A DNA stretch of 52,948 bases from a virus (Duplodnaviria > Caudoviricetes). Made by a program: the position numbers and the translations under genes. Positions within the stretch are counted from its first letter, which is position 1. Each line of letters begins with the position of its first letter. The stretch covers positions 1 to 52,948 of the IMG/VR virus record IMGVR_UViG_3300025327_000039. One strand, given 5' to 3'. Shown piece by piece: positions 43,090 through 51,908 of this stretch. Below the pieces are notes generated by a model. It did not search any database and was not told where the DNA came from. It saw nothing but the letters and a program-made list of their open reading frames with translations.

Positions 43090-44972
43090 CCTATCCTATC
43101 CACGAGATCATCAAAGGTGGCGTTGATCATCTCTTCGCCCGTCAGTTCAGCATTAAGGCCGCAGTCTTCAATCCTGAGCGTGTAGGTAGGAAGTCCGGCT
43201 TTGGGCTGCTTCTTGGCCTGCAATCGGATGACCACATCGGCCGCCCTACTAACCAGCTTGTCCCCCTGTGCCTTCTGCCCTGTTATCTGTCCCTCGGCAC
43301 CGTAGAGATCCGTGTCGTGGTGGATGAAGATGACATTACGTCCGGAGTCGCGGGCAGAGGATAGCAGGCGCCTGAAGAAGTCGTTGCGCATCGTGTACTG
43401 TATCCAAGGTTGATTGGCAGGTGCTTTCTTTTGAAGTACATGGCCGGCGATGTTGAACACCAAAGTTCCAGTGTCGATCACCGCAGTTCCGCCCGGAGGT
43501 AGGCCGTACTTCTCTACTAAGGTGTTATCCACCATCTCGAACCAATCTGTCTCGAACTGGTCGAGGATCTCCCTAGCGTTTTCGATGTCCTCTGCCTTCA
43601 GACCTCCCTTGTTGTCTTTTGACTTGATCCGGCCGACATAGTCGGTCACGACAATCAAGCCACCAGCATGCCGCTCAGCAAATGAAGGGACGATGGGAAT
43701 ACTATCGCTGGAGGCCAGCATGCTCTTCTCGACTCTATCGTAGCCGCGGTCGAAGTTGTAGAGATAGACCGGGGTGGGAGCTGTCATGCCCCAGCGCGTC
43801 TTGCCGGAGTTGTGTACCAAAATGTTGTTGGCGATGAAGGAGTGGCCCTCGGGAACACTGAGGTCGTATGTGGGTTGTCTTAGAGTCTCCTCGCGCTTGG
43901 AGATAATGGGATCCCAAAGGATGTCTCCCATCCCCTCTCTGTGGAGGCCAGAGGGTCTCTTTATCCTACTGGTATATGTTTTTAGATTTGTTACAAGCTC
44001 GTTTAGCCTCCTGTTCTTCTCTCCTAGTAGACCTATCTCCTCGGCAAAGATCTGGATTGCTTGCCGGTTGGTGGTTATCACTGTCCAGTATTGTTGCGGT
44101 CTGCCCATCACCCTTCTCGGGTAGAGTCTGGTAGCAATTCCGTAACGGAGCAGGAGGTGTTGGACATCTAGTGCTAACCTCTTAGAGGCCGAAGAGTAGC
44201 CCAACTCCAAGCTGGTTACACGACCATCGTCCTCGTTACGGAAAGAGATCCACCCATCGCAGGTTATGAGTCGATTAAGGAACAGTGAGAGCAGCTTCTT
44301 GCTCAGTCTGAATATCGATGGCGAGACGTACTTCTCCGGAGAGCGGTGGTGCAAGATCTGCTCGTGCTTTAGCCAGTCTTGTAGGGGGTTCGGCCTTCCG
44401 CGAGCCACGGTAGCGGCCAAGGTAACAGTCTTCCCTCTTCTGGCTCTCAACACAGCTCTTCTACCTTGAAGTTCCTCCGCTGCGGTACTGAACCTATCCA
44501 ACACAATTGGATCTGCGTTTGTGAAAGCCAGATGGGGCATATATCCATCACCGAGCAGGAAGGCAACCAGCTCGACCAGAGGTTCGGGCAGTTCATCTGT
44601 ACCAAAGAATGGGATGGTAGCAGCAACAGCGATCTTGTCGCCTACCCGTAGCTCTCGCAGCTCCTGCCAGCCTCGACTTTTCTCGAGAACAGGGTGATTA
44701 GCTGTGGCTGTCAATTCGTGACCGAGCTGGGTACGGATAGTGTAGACCTGCTTTAGACCGTTGGTGTAGATGTGTTCAGCGTCTGTAGCTTGCAGCTTGA
44801 CAGTGTCCAAAGATGCTACGACCGGAGGCGCTAGCAGATCGCTTACCGGCCTGTAGGCTCCTGTATGGGCATCCAGTATTCGGGTACTCGGAGCTAAGCA
44901 CTTCTCTCTACCCCAAACTTCGATGATGTAGTAGGGGCTTCTTTCGCGCTGATTGACCGGCTTGAATGGCAT
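43086..44972 (-). CDS. AAA/RecA-like ATPase (AAA_24/Sak4-like), intein-containing
   Basis: Spliced Walker A GREKSGKT, NFDRG, Walker B AVIDT, NVIFIHH. Adjacent to the PD-(D/E)XK nuclease and SSB-like genes. Confidence 0.75.
   Translation of the reverse strand: MPFKPVNQRERSPYYIIEVWGREKCLAPSTRILDAHTGAYRPVSDLLAPPVVASLDTVKLQATDAEHIYTNGLKQVYTIRTQLGHELTATANHPVLEKSRGWQELRELRVGDKIAVAATIPFFGTDELPEPLVELVAFLLGDGYMPHLAFTNADPIVLDRFSTAAEELQGRRAVLRARRGKTVTLAATVARGRPNPLQDWLKHEQILHHRSPEKYVSPSIFRLSKKLLSLFLNRLITCDGWISFRNEDDGRVTSLELGYSSASKRLALDVQHLLLRYGIATRLYPRRVMGRPQQYWTVITTNRQAIQIFAEEIGLLGEKNRRLNELVTNLKTYTSRIKRPSGLHREGMGDILWDPIISKREETLRQPTYDLSVPEGHSFIANNILVHNSGKTRWGMTAPTPVYLYNFDRGYDRVEKSMLASSDSIPIVPSFAERHAGGLIVVTDYVGRIKSKDNKGGLKAEDIENAREILDQFETDWFEMVDNTLVEKYGLPPGGTAVIDTGTLVFNIAGHVLQKKAPANQPWIQYTMRNDFFRRLLSSARDSGRNVIFIHHDTDLYGAEGQITGQKAQGDKLVSRAADVVIRLQAKKQPKAGLPTYTLRIEDCGLNAELTGEEMINATFDDLVDRIG
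43809..44900 (-). mobile_element. Intein with LAGLIDADG homing endonuclease (364 aa)
   Basis: K|CLAP start, TANHP block B, FLLGDG and LITCDG motifs, YDLSV..FIANNILVHN|S end. Confidence 0.95.
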
Positions 44973-45001
44973 TCCCTCTCTCCTCTTTGCTTACTTCTCT
45001 C

Positions 45002-45205
45002 TCAACCGGTTACGTGCTCGGCGCTTGGCTCCCCTTCGAGTCCTGCTATCCAGCGATCCAGCCATGCGGAGACGACTGAGCGCAGCTCCTCGGCGTCTGC
45101 ACACAGATACATGTCGTCTTGATACGTGCTGACACTACTCTGTTGCAGGACAGCGTAGCCGTCCTCCAGTTCCTTGATATCGAATGTGAGCTGCGGTCGT
45201 CTCAT
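45002..45205 (-). CDS. Hypothetical protein
   Basis: ATGA overlap with the nuclease stop (MRRPQLTF...). Confidence 0.45.
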   Translation of the reverse strand: MRRPQLTFDIKELEDGYAVLQQSSVSTYQDDMYLCADAEELRSVVSAWLDRWIAGLEGEPSAEHVTG

Positions 45206-46122
45206 TCTTCTATTCCCTCCAAGGCACCTGCTCTGTATTTGCAATCAATGAAGTGTCCATCGTACATGCACCGTCTTCCCGGTGAGGGAGGAAAAGCAGA
45301 GGCAGCATGTGCAACAGCCTCTGGGTCATCACGCCAGAGGGCAATGTCTCCCATCTCGGCGTACAGCTGCTTTAGGGAGCGATCGATGTCTCTGGCGGTG
45401 TGCTGCACGTAGGCAAGGAACCAATCGATGTCCTGCTGGGTTCTTGTAGTGGTATGTGCCTTGATTGACACTCCCCTGTCCCCACGAATGAGCTCGATGA
45501 ATTGCAGGAGTGTTGGTTCTCCTCTGAGTGCTGCGTACGTAGTCGGTTGCAGATCGAAGTCCATGCCGTCCCAAGAGGACGACCGCTTACGGACCTTCCA
45601 GTCCACTACTACTCCGGTCTCGTCCTCGAGATCCAAGATACCCACTAGCTTCTGTACGTACTCTCCAGGTAGTGCTAGCTCTACCCGTCGCTGTACTGCT
45701 TCTGGCTGGATCATAGCTGCGGAGCGGAGGGGAACGAAGTCTGCCTCATCCTCAGAAGCCCACTCCTTTTCGAAGTAAGCTAGGATAAGCTGATCTCCTT
45801 GCTTGACCATTGTCTCCTTCTCTTCACCGCGCCAGAAGGGGCTCAGGGTGGCAAGCAGCGATCTTGGTTGGCCAGCGTCCTCTGGTATGTCATGGTCGAA
45901 CGCCTCGTGGAAGATGGCAGTGACTACCTCTGGGGCCAGGTACTGACCAGTCTCTTGCCTGTGGCGGCTGCTCTCACTCAGAGCCTCGTCTATCGCTCTA
46001 CCAAGAATCATCACCGCTGTAGGCTTAGACTCTCGGCCAAGTACGTAGTGTCCGAACCAACTATGCTTACACTCGGCGTAGAGCTGAAGACTGCTATATG
46101 AGAGATGCGTCAGTTCTTCCAT
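45202..46122 (-). CDS. PD-(D/E)XK exonuclease (RecB/Cas4-like)
   Basis: HLSYSSL..C, GILDL, VDWK, QPTTY, C-terminal Cys cluster. Confidence 0.85.
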   Translation of the reverse strand: MEELTHLSYSSLQLYAECKHSWFGHYVLGRESKPTAVMILGRAIDEALSESSRHRQETGQYLAPEVVTAIFHEAFDHDIPEDAGQPRSLLATLSPFWRGEEKETMVKQGDQLILAYFEKEWASEDEADFVPLRSAAMIQPEAVQRRVELALPGEYVQKLVGILDLEDETGVVVDWKVRKRSSSWDGMDFDLQPTTYAALRGEPTLLQFIELIRGDRGVSIKAHTTTRTQQDIDWFLAYVQHTARDIDRSLKQLYAEMGDIALWRDDPEAVAHAASAFPPSPGRRCMYDGHFIDCKYRAGALEGIEE

Positions 46123-46223
46123 GGGGTGTCGCCCCCCTGAGGTAGGGAGGGGGACGACGGAGCACACCGCCACACCGTGTCAAGCGCAAACCGAATCGTG
46201 CTCTCGTCGCCCCCCACGAGAGC
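46123..46223 (-). promoter_or_regulatory. Four-segment alternative RNA structure controlling the nuclease RBS
   Basis: Mutually exclusive stems A:B, B:C and C:D; segment D contains the AGGGGGG SD. See findings. Confidence 0.55.
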
Positions 46224-46894
46224 TAGCCGACCTTCTTGTACTCCTTGCCCTCGATGGACAGTAGCCTCTGGTCGATAAGCGAGGTCAAGAGAGACCGGTT
46301 GGCCACTCTTGTCTTCAATGGGGCGAACTGCGCATCCTCGGTGACCGCGGTGATGATCTGGCCGTAGCTCTTGCCATCACAGAGGTCGACGAGTGAGGCG
46401 ATCAGATCCGGGTCGTCTGCGGCCGGTCCTGAGCCGTTGTCTGCACCACCGACAATGCTCTTGACGATAAAGTACACGATGGTGCGCTTCTCGCGATTCT
46501 CGTTGTCGGTCTTGCAGTCGCCGCAGTTGTTCTGCCAGCGCTCGTGCTGGCTGCAGGCGATGCGCTTCGGCAGCATCTGGTCTTCGAACTTCTTGCCGGC
46601 AATGATCTTCTTGCCGATCAGATCCCCGGCGTCGGTGAGCTTGATGCCGGCATCGCGGAGGGAGTTGACGAAGATTCCCCACTTGCTGTTCGTGCGGTTC
46701 GAGAGCTTGATCTCGAACTTGACCTCGTCGCCTTCGTCTGGCTCCAAGGTTAGCAGCAGGGACTTGTCGCCCCATGTGCCGATGCCGATCTCCGCGTTGG
46801 TAATGAGGTACGCGGCATCCTCTTCGATGGAATCCTCCGGGCGTGTGAAGCCTTCCTCCAGCTCGTCGGGATTCCAGATGGGATCGTCAGCCAT
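46223..46894 (-). CDS. Putative single-stranded DNA-binding (OB-fold) protein with Zn-binding insert
   Basis: Acidic, with YLITNAE and DLIGKKI patterns and a C-x2-H-x5-CxxC insert. Lies in the recombination module; strongly biased codons. Confidence 0.5.
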   Translation of the reverse strand: MADDPIWNPDELEEGFTRPEDSIEEDAAYLITNAEIGIGTWGDKSLLLTLEPDEGDEVKFEIKLSNRTNSKWGIFVNSLRDAGIKLTDAGDLIGKKIIAGKKFEDQMLPKRIACSQHERWQNNCGDCKTDNENREKRTIVYFIVKSIVGGADNGSGPAADDPDLIASLVDLCDGKSYGQIITAVTEDAQFAPLKTRVANRSLLTSLIDQRLLSIEGKEYKKVG

Positions 46895-46971
46895 TTTCTC
46901 TTCCTTCTCCTTACAGACTCAAAGCAATTGATGCGCGGGTTGTCGGGTTCTGGCTGGTCGATGTGTTTCTG

Positions 46972-47538
46972 CTAGGCACCTCCAGTCCAGCGCTGGCTGA
47001 CCTCGCCCAACGCCTTGCGGATCTGGTCCTCGGAGCTGCCCTCCGGTCCGGCCTCTTCGCCCAGATACTTCAGATCTTGGTCAAGGTCCCACTGTGCGAT
47101 CAGGAAGTGCTGGTCTCTCTGGCCCAAGATCACGTGCCCGGTCACGATCGGGTCGACTGCTCGCCGGAAAGTGTCTGGTCTAGGGTCGTGGACGATGATC
47201 AGGCCTGCACCGAAGATTGGCAGGGCGATGTCGATCTTCACTCGGACATGTTCTGGGATGGAGCCTGTGTACTGCGCCAGTGGACCATTGAACCAAGTAG
47301 GCGGGGGGGTGAATGGGTCGAAGCCGGCATCGAGGGCCTGAGCAACAATGCACAGGGATCGTAGTTCTGCTCCCCGCTCGACTCCGATCTGACGAGAACG
47401 CATCCACTCCTTCGTCTCCAGTAGGTCATTGTGCAGGGATACGTAGCTGCGGATCAGGTCAGCAGTGTCACCTTCTCGGATCAGCTCTTGGATCTCTAAG
47501 CGCCCGGTATCGAGGATAGCAATGGTCATCTTCCTCAC
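46972..47538 (-). CDS. Hypothetical protein
   Basis: Strong GAGGAGGGAGG SD. VDPIVTG..FLIAQWD motif. Confidence 0.6.
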   Translation of the reverse strand: MRKMTIAILDTGRLEIQELIREGDTADLIRSYVSLHNDLLETKEWMRSRQIGVERGAELRSLCIVAQALDAGFDPFTPPPTWFNGPLAQYTGSIPEHVRVKIDIALPIFGAGLIIVHDPRPDTFRRAVDPIVTGHVILGQRDQHFLIAQWDLDQDLKYLGEEAGPEGSSEDQIRKALGEVSQRWTGGA

Positions 47539-47616
47539 CTCCCTCCTCTCTCAAAAGATGGAGCCGCCAAGCAGTTATACACCCGCTGAAAACTCTTTGG
47601 CAAGTCCCTTGGCGTG

Positions 47617-48039
47617 CTATTTTTCAACATCCTCTTGGTTATTGTCTAGTGCCTCTGCGAAGAGCTCACTCAGGTCTTCTATGACCTTAGCTACCGGCTC
47701 CATGATCTTGCAGAGCTCGTTCATGACTTCGTTCATCTTTCGGGCCATTGCTGTCATCTGGGGAGCAAGCGCCGCCAGGTCTGGTGCCCAATCCGCGTAG
47801 GGAGGCTGTATCTCTGGGTCCCGATCCAGCCTTGCAGCCAAGACCTGCCCATCGTAGGTGTCGCCAAGCTTTGTACCATCCGGAGGCACGTATGTCAGGT
47901 CAGCCCGATCCGGACCCGGTATGTGCTCGCACTCCCAGCTTGCCCCGCAGACATCGCAGAGTTCGTCTTGCATCAGAAACTCGTGAGAGGCTCTGAGTGC
48001 TGCGGCCAGAGGGGGGCATAGTTCTGCGTGGTGCTCCAC
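47617..48039 (-). CDS. Hypothetical protein with CxxC motif
   Basis: CDVCG..CEH, helical C-terminus. Confidence 0.45.
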   Translation of the reverse strand: MEHHAELCPPLAAALRASHEFLMQDELCDVCGASWECEHIPGPDRADLTYVPPDGTKLGDTYDGQVLAARLDRDPEIQPPYADWAPDLAALAPQMTAMARKMNEVMNELCKIMEPVAKVIEDLSELFAEALDNNQEDVEK

Positions 48040-48092
48040 TCTACTTTGTTCCTAGGCATCGGTTCTCGTTGATCCTGCGGGCTCTGGTGGTG

Positions 48093-50684
48093 TCATAGGA
48101 TCCTGTCACGTATCCACTTGGGGAAGTGGGAAGGATACCGAGCCATCTGCCGCCTTATTTGTCCATCGAGCACGTAGGCCATCGCATGATCAGTCTCCGA
48201 TCTCATGCCTCTACCACAGATCTGGATGAAGGTGGAGTTAGCATCATACGAATAGGCCTCGGGGTCTTCCGCTTGTCTGAGTCTAGTAAGTGGGTCGCTC
48301 ATGTCGGGGAATGGCCACTTACAGATGATCTGGTATCGGCAGATGTCATCGTCTCCGCTGAAGCCCATGCCCATCGAAGGTGACACGAGCACCGGTGGTC
48401 CTTCCATTCTACGGAAGCGGTCGATCACGGCGCCCCTGGTTCTTGTGTCGTGCGTCACCATCTCGTGTCCGAACTGGCTGTGCTCGAGTAGATAGTCCCT
48501 GATCCTGTAGGTCGCAGTATGTATAATGCCGCGGTCCGGCAAGTGGTCGTTGAGCAACGAGTCCACGGCCTTCACAAGTGCTGGCAGCTTCTCCTGCAGG
48601 TTCATCCTGTTCAGAGCTGCTACCGGCCTGATGATGATAGGAGCACGGGTAGGGTCGAAGGTTGATGGTACCTCTATGAACTCGTAGCTTCCCTCCTCCA
48701 GACCGAGACGCTTTGCTGTCTTGGGGGAGGGCAGCAGTGTGGCGGACATTACCACTACCTTGCCCTTTGAGCGGCCGAACAGTACTGATGTGTGCGCTGA
48801 GGCCCAGACTGGTACCATCTCTAAGTTCCCGTTCTTGAGTGTCTGGATGAACCACTGGCCGGACTCGGGAGCAGCTCTGATCTTGCCCAGTGTGCGCGTG
48901 ATGCGGTCGAGCTCCCGTATGTTGTGCAGCATGCGTTCCTGCTCATCGTCCAAGCCATCAGCCCTGCCTGGTCCCATCTGCCCCAGCTCTTCTGCTAGCC
49001 GGCGCCGTGCGTTGAGCACCATGGGCAGTATCTCACCTGCCCAGTCGGCATAGGCCTTCTCGTCAAGTAGCAAGGGCAGGGCGATCTTCCAGCGCTCGCA
49101 GAGCTTGGCCGAGAGGAGGATCTTCGTGCTGCTGATGACAGCGTCTTCCAGCTCGTGTCCTTCGTCAGCAATGAGATTGTCTGGCGGCAGGAACAGGTTA
49201 GCTTCCTGGGAGCCGGCCAGCCACATGGCGTAGGAGAACACGATCTCCTTCGCGGTTCTCGTCTTGCGCATCTGTACGAAGTAAGGGCAGACGTCTTGTT
49301 TGAAGCACTTCCATCCAGTCTGGCAGATGGCCTCAGACACCGTGTGCTCCTCTTGGTTGGGAAGGATGCAGTTGAAGTTGTCCTTGCCCTTCACAATTGT
49401 CAGCTCGGGAAACAGATCGTGGTATTGCTGCTGCAGTGAGATCGTTCGTGTCAGGATGTGCCCTTGGCCTGTACCAGCTAGGGCTCTGATGGCGCCCAAG
49501 GCAATGCCACTGTTGTGGGTGACCGTGAAGTCGCCTAAGAGATAGCGTCCGTCATCATCGACCTCTAAGCCGTAGTAAGATCCTCTATCCTTTTGAGCCA
49601 CTCTGAATCCCGTTCTGAGTACGTCCTTCTTCTGCCGACGTGGGCTGGCCTTCTTTCTCTCCACACGGCAAGAAATGGTGCTGAGGTTGCCGGAAATGCT
49701 GACTCGCCAGTAACTGCCGGTGAAGGCATTCTGGCAGGATTTTCGACAAGGGAGGATGTAGGCAGCAAGGCCAAGACTACGGGCTAGGAAGGCGACGTCC
49801 TCTGCTAGCTGTTGGGATGCGGAAATGTAATCGTAGCAGCCATTAGCCAAGTGTCCGTCGGTGTCGAGCAGCCCAGCTAGTAGCTGTAAACGGGCATGTC
49901 GGGACGAGGTTTTGTAGGCATGGGGTATGTACTTCGCCTTACTTGATACTGCGAGACCCAGTTTGCGGATGGTTTGTAGCAGAGGGTTGGCCCGTCCTCC
50001 CGTGCGTCCGCTGCTGAAGTGCATGTGGAGGGCCCCTTGTCGCCATCCCCTTCGCAGGATCAGTCCCCACGTCTGTGCCTGTCTCTCTGCCTCGCTTACG
50101 ATCTCCGGGTCGGGATTGGTCAAGTAGATGCCCTTGTGGAGGGAACCATCGCCCAGCAGCAGGCCGAGAAAGTAGGGGTCGACTGGCAGCTTCCTAGTTT
50201 GGTGGGGGAAGGAGACCCCTGTGCGAAACAGCTTGAAGATATGCTTTCTATAGCGAGGCCACTCAGACCACTTGTAGAGTGGGACATCAACAGTTAGGCC
50301 TGCCACATCAGACGGCCAACGGTTGCCGGTCTTGGTTTTGACCAGGGTTAGGACGTGGTTACTGTTGACAATCCAAGGCTGTCCCTTCACCGGTTGGATC
50401 TCGTACAGCTCGCCGCGGCCCTCACTGGTAGACAGAACTCTTCTAGGCTTGCTATCCGGACCCATTAGGCGGTCGCCAGCTTTGATCTCTTCAACAGGCC
50501 TGATCTGACCGCTATGCAACAGGACCGGAGTTCCCCTCCCCAAGCATTTCCCGGATCCTGTTGGCGCAACTAACAGGATGACCTTCTTCGTTGAATTGAC
50601 AATCGACTCCAAGGCTTCCTTCTGATGCTGTCGCCAAGCATCGTAAGGCAGGTTTAGGCTACGTGGATTGTTAGGAATCTGCAT
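48093..50684 (-). CDS. DinG/XPD-like SF2 helicase with Fe-S cluster motif, intein-containing
   Basis: Q-motif WRQHQ, APTGSGK|S, four-Cys cluster (NFNC..C..C..CPY), DEGH, MSATL, KWPFP, QICGRGMRSETD. Confidence 0.9.
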   Translation of the reverse strand: MQIPNNPRSLNLPYDAWRQHQKEALESIVNSTKKVILLVAPTGSGKCLGRGTPVLLHSGQIRPVEEIKAGDRLMGPDSKPRRVLSTSEGRGELYEIQPVKGQPWIVNSNHVLTLVKTKTGNRWPSDVAGLTVDVPLYKWSEWPRYRKHIFKLFRTGVSFPHQTRKLPVDPYFLGLLLGDGSLHKGIYLTNPDPEIVSEAERQAQTWGLILRRGWRQGALHMHFSSGRTGGRANPLLQTIRKLGLAVSSKAKYIPHAYKTSSRHARLQLLAGLLDTDGHLANGCYDYISASQQLAEDVAFLARSLGLAAYILPCRKSCQNAFTGSYWRVSISGNLSTISCRVERKKASPRRQKKDVLRTGFRVAQKDRGSYYGLEVDDDGRYLLGDFTVTHNSGIALGAIRALAGTGQGHILTRTISLQQQYHDLFPELTIVKGKDNFNCILPNQEEHTVSEAICQTGWKCFKQDVCPYFVQMRKTRTAKEIVFSYAMWLAGSQEANLFLPPDNLIADEGHELEDAVISSTKILLSAKLCERWKIALPLLLDEKAYADWAGEILPMVLNARRRLAEELGQMGPGRADGLDDEQERMLHNIRELDRITRTLGKIRAAPESGQWFIQTLKNGNLEMVPVWASAHTSVLFGRSKGKVVVMSATLLPSPKTAKRLGLEEGSYEFIEVPSTFDPTRAPIIIRPVAALNRMNLQEKLPALVKAVDSLLNDHLPDRGIIHTATYRIRDYLLEHSQFGHEMVTHDTRTRGAVIDRFRRMEGPPVLVSPSMGMGFSGDDDICRYQIICKWPFPDMSDPLTRLRQAEDPEAYSYDANSTFIQICGRGMRSETDHAMAYVLDGQIRRQMARYPSHFPKWIRDRIL
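49512..50546 (-). mobile_element. Intein with LAGLIDADG homing endonuclease (345 aa)
   Basis: K|CLGRGT start, NSNH block B, LGLLLGDG and LAGLLDTDG, YYGLEV..DFTVTHN|S end. Confidence 0.95.
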
Positions 50685-50722
50685 GTGCTCTCACCTTTGT
50701 TGTCTCTCGAACATGTTTTCTG

Positions 50723-50753
50723 TCTTACATTCTTACATTCTTACATTCTTACA
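50723..50753 (+). repeat. 8-bp tandem repeat (TCTTACAT)x~4, left arm of inverted pair
   Basis: Read directly from the sequence. Confidence 0.95.
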
Positions 50754-50777
50754 ACTAGGAGAAGTGAACTTCCGGTG

Positions 50778-50806
50778 TTGACAGAGGCCGGGCGGGTGCT
50801 TATCCT
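50778..50806 (+). promoter_or_regulatory. Near-consensus sigma70 promoter firing into the repeat array, antisense to flanking genes
   Basis: TTGACA, 17 nt, TATCCT. Confidence 0.65.
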
Positions 50807-50858
50807 TAGGGAGCCCCGACCGACCAGAGGGCCTATCTCTTTCCTCTTCCTTTTCCTT

Positions 50859-50996
50859 TACTATACATATACATATACTATACATATACATATACTATAC
50901 ATATACATATACTATACATATACATATACTATACATATACATATACTATACATATACATATACTATACGTATACATATACTATACGTATACATATA
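50859..50996 (+). repeat. 17-bp AT-rich tandem repeat x8 (TACTATACATATACATA); putative replication origin core
   Basis: Six identical units, then two with A>G (TACTATACGTATACATA). Confidence 0.9.
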
Positions 50997-51034
50997 GGTG
51001 TACGAGCAGATACCGGAATTGAACTGCGTCTACC

Positions 51035-51065
51035 TGTAAGAATGTAAGAATGTAAGAATGTAACC
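51035..51065 (-). repeat. 8-bp tandem repeat, right arm (reverse complement of 50723-50753)
   Basis: TGTAAGAA x3 + TGTAA on the + strand. Confidence 0.95.
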
Positions 51066-51078
51066 ACGAATTCATGTT

Positions 51079-51798
51079 CTAACCGTAAGCTGCCTCCAGC
51101 TTCCACCGTTCTAGCGCAACCCCCAGTTCTTGGTGTCTGGGGACTTCGTTGGAGACGAAGATGTCTAGAGCAATCTTGAGCCGGCGCCAGTGGCGTATCA
51201 TCTCACCCATCAATCTCTGGCGCCAGTAGTTGTCTTTCACGCTCTCGATATCTGTCATTAGGTCTGTGATAGTGGTCATAGCTTTTGGCCAAGTATCCGG
51301 TCCCCCCTCGATGTAGCCCATCACGACATGAACGAGCGGCTCTATCGACTTCTCGGCTCGCTGGCAGAACTCGTACTCAGCCAGCCTAGCTTCACAATTC
51401 CTGAAGAACACGGACAGAGATCCGCTCAGATCCTCTGGTGTAGCTCCTAGGAGTGCCAGCCAGCTAGGCACGGCATGATCCTGTAGTGCTCCGAGAATCA
51501 GCTTGGCTCTGGAAGGTGTCCCTGTGTAAGCGCAGACCTTGTCGATCAAGAAGACAACCGTGCCGGGGAGGCGGATGGATATCTTCTCCCCCTCTATACA
51601 CAGACCTACTACTACGCTCTTTTCTTCCAACGTTTCCATCGGATAGCTACCACCAAGCAGTATGCTATCGGCTACCTCAACGGGATCTATGCCATCTGTC
51701 AGCTGTTTGAGTCGTACAAGCATCATGTGGGTTAGAGCTTCCCTAGCCTCCTTGGGTAGCTGCAGCTCCTCTTCTTGATCCTTCTTCTTACGTGGCAA
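51079..51798 (-). CDS. Hypothetical protein (possible ribbon-helix-helix-like DNA-binding segment)
   Basis: GGAGG, 7 nt, TTG start giving MPRKKK. KISIRLP..IDKVC..SRAKLILGAL resembles an RHH. Confidence 0.5.
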   Translation of the reverse strand: MPRKKKDQEEELQLPKEAREALTHMMLVRLKQLTDGIDPVEVADSILLGGSYPMETLEEKSVVVGLCIEGEKISIRLPGTVVFLIDKVCAYTGTPSRAKLILGALQDHAVPSWLALLGATPEDLSGSLSVFFRNCEARLAEYEFCQRAEKSIEPLVHVVMGYIEGGPDTWPKAMTTITDLMTDIESVKDNYWRQRLMGEMIRHWRRLKIALDIFVSNEVPRHQELGVALERWKLEAAYG

Positions 51799-51908
51799 GC
51801 CGCAGCCTCCTGGCAAAACAAAGCAGTCCGGATAGAAGCGATTGCGAAAGCGGAGGCGAGAGCGATTGCTACGGCGTAAGCGTTAGCGAAAGCGTTGCGG
51901 GGACTAAT

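Noticed and set aside
50859-50996. CRISPR array
   Set aside because: The units are contiguous 17-bp tandem repeats with no unique spacers, and there is no cas operon. The Cas4-like nuclease is in a recombination context.
50685-51047. 120-aa ORF with YTYTIHIH repeats
   Set aside because: It is a by-product of the tandem repeat, is antisense to its neighbours and has no SD.
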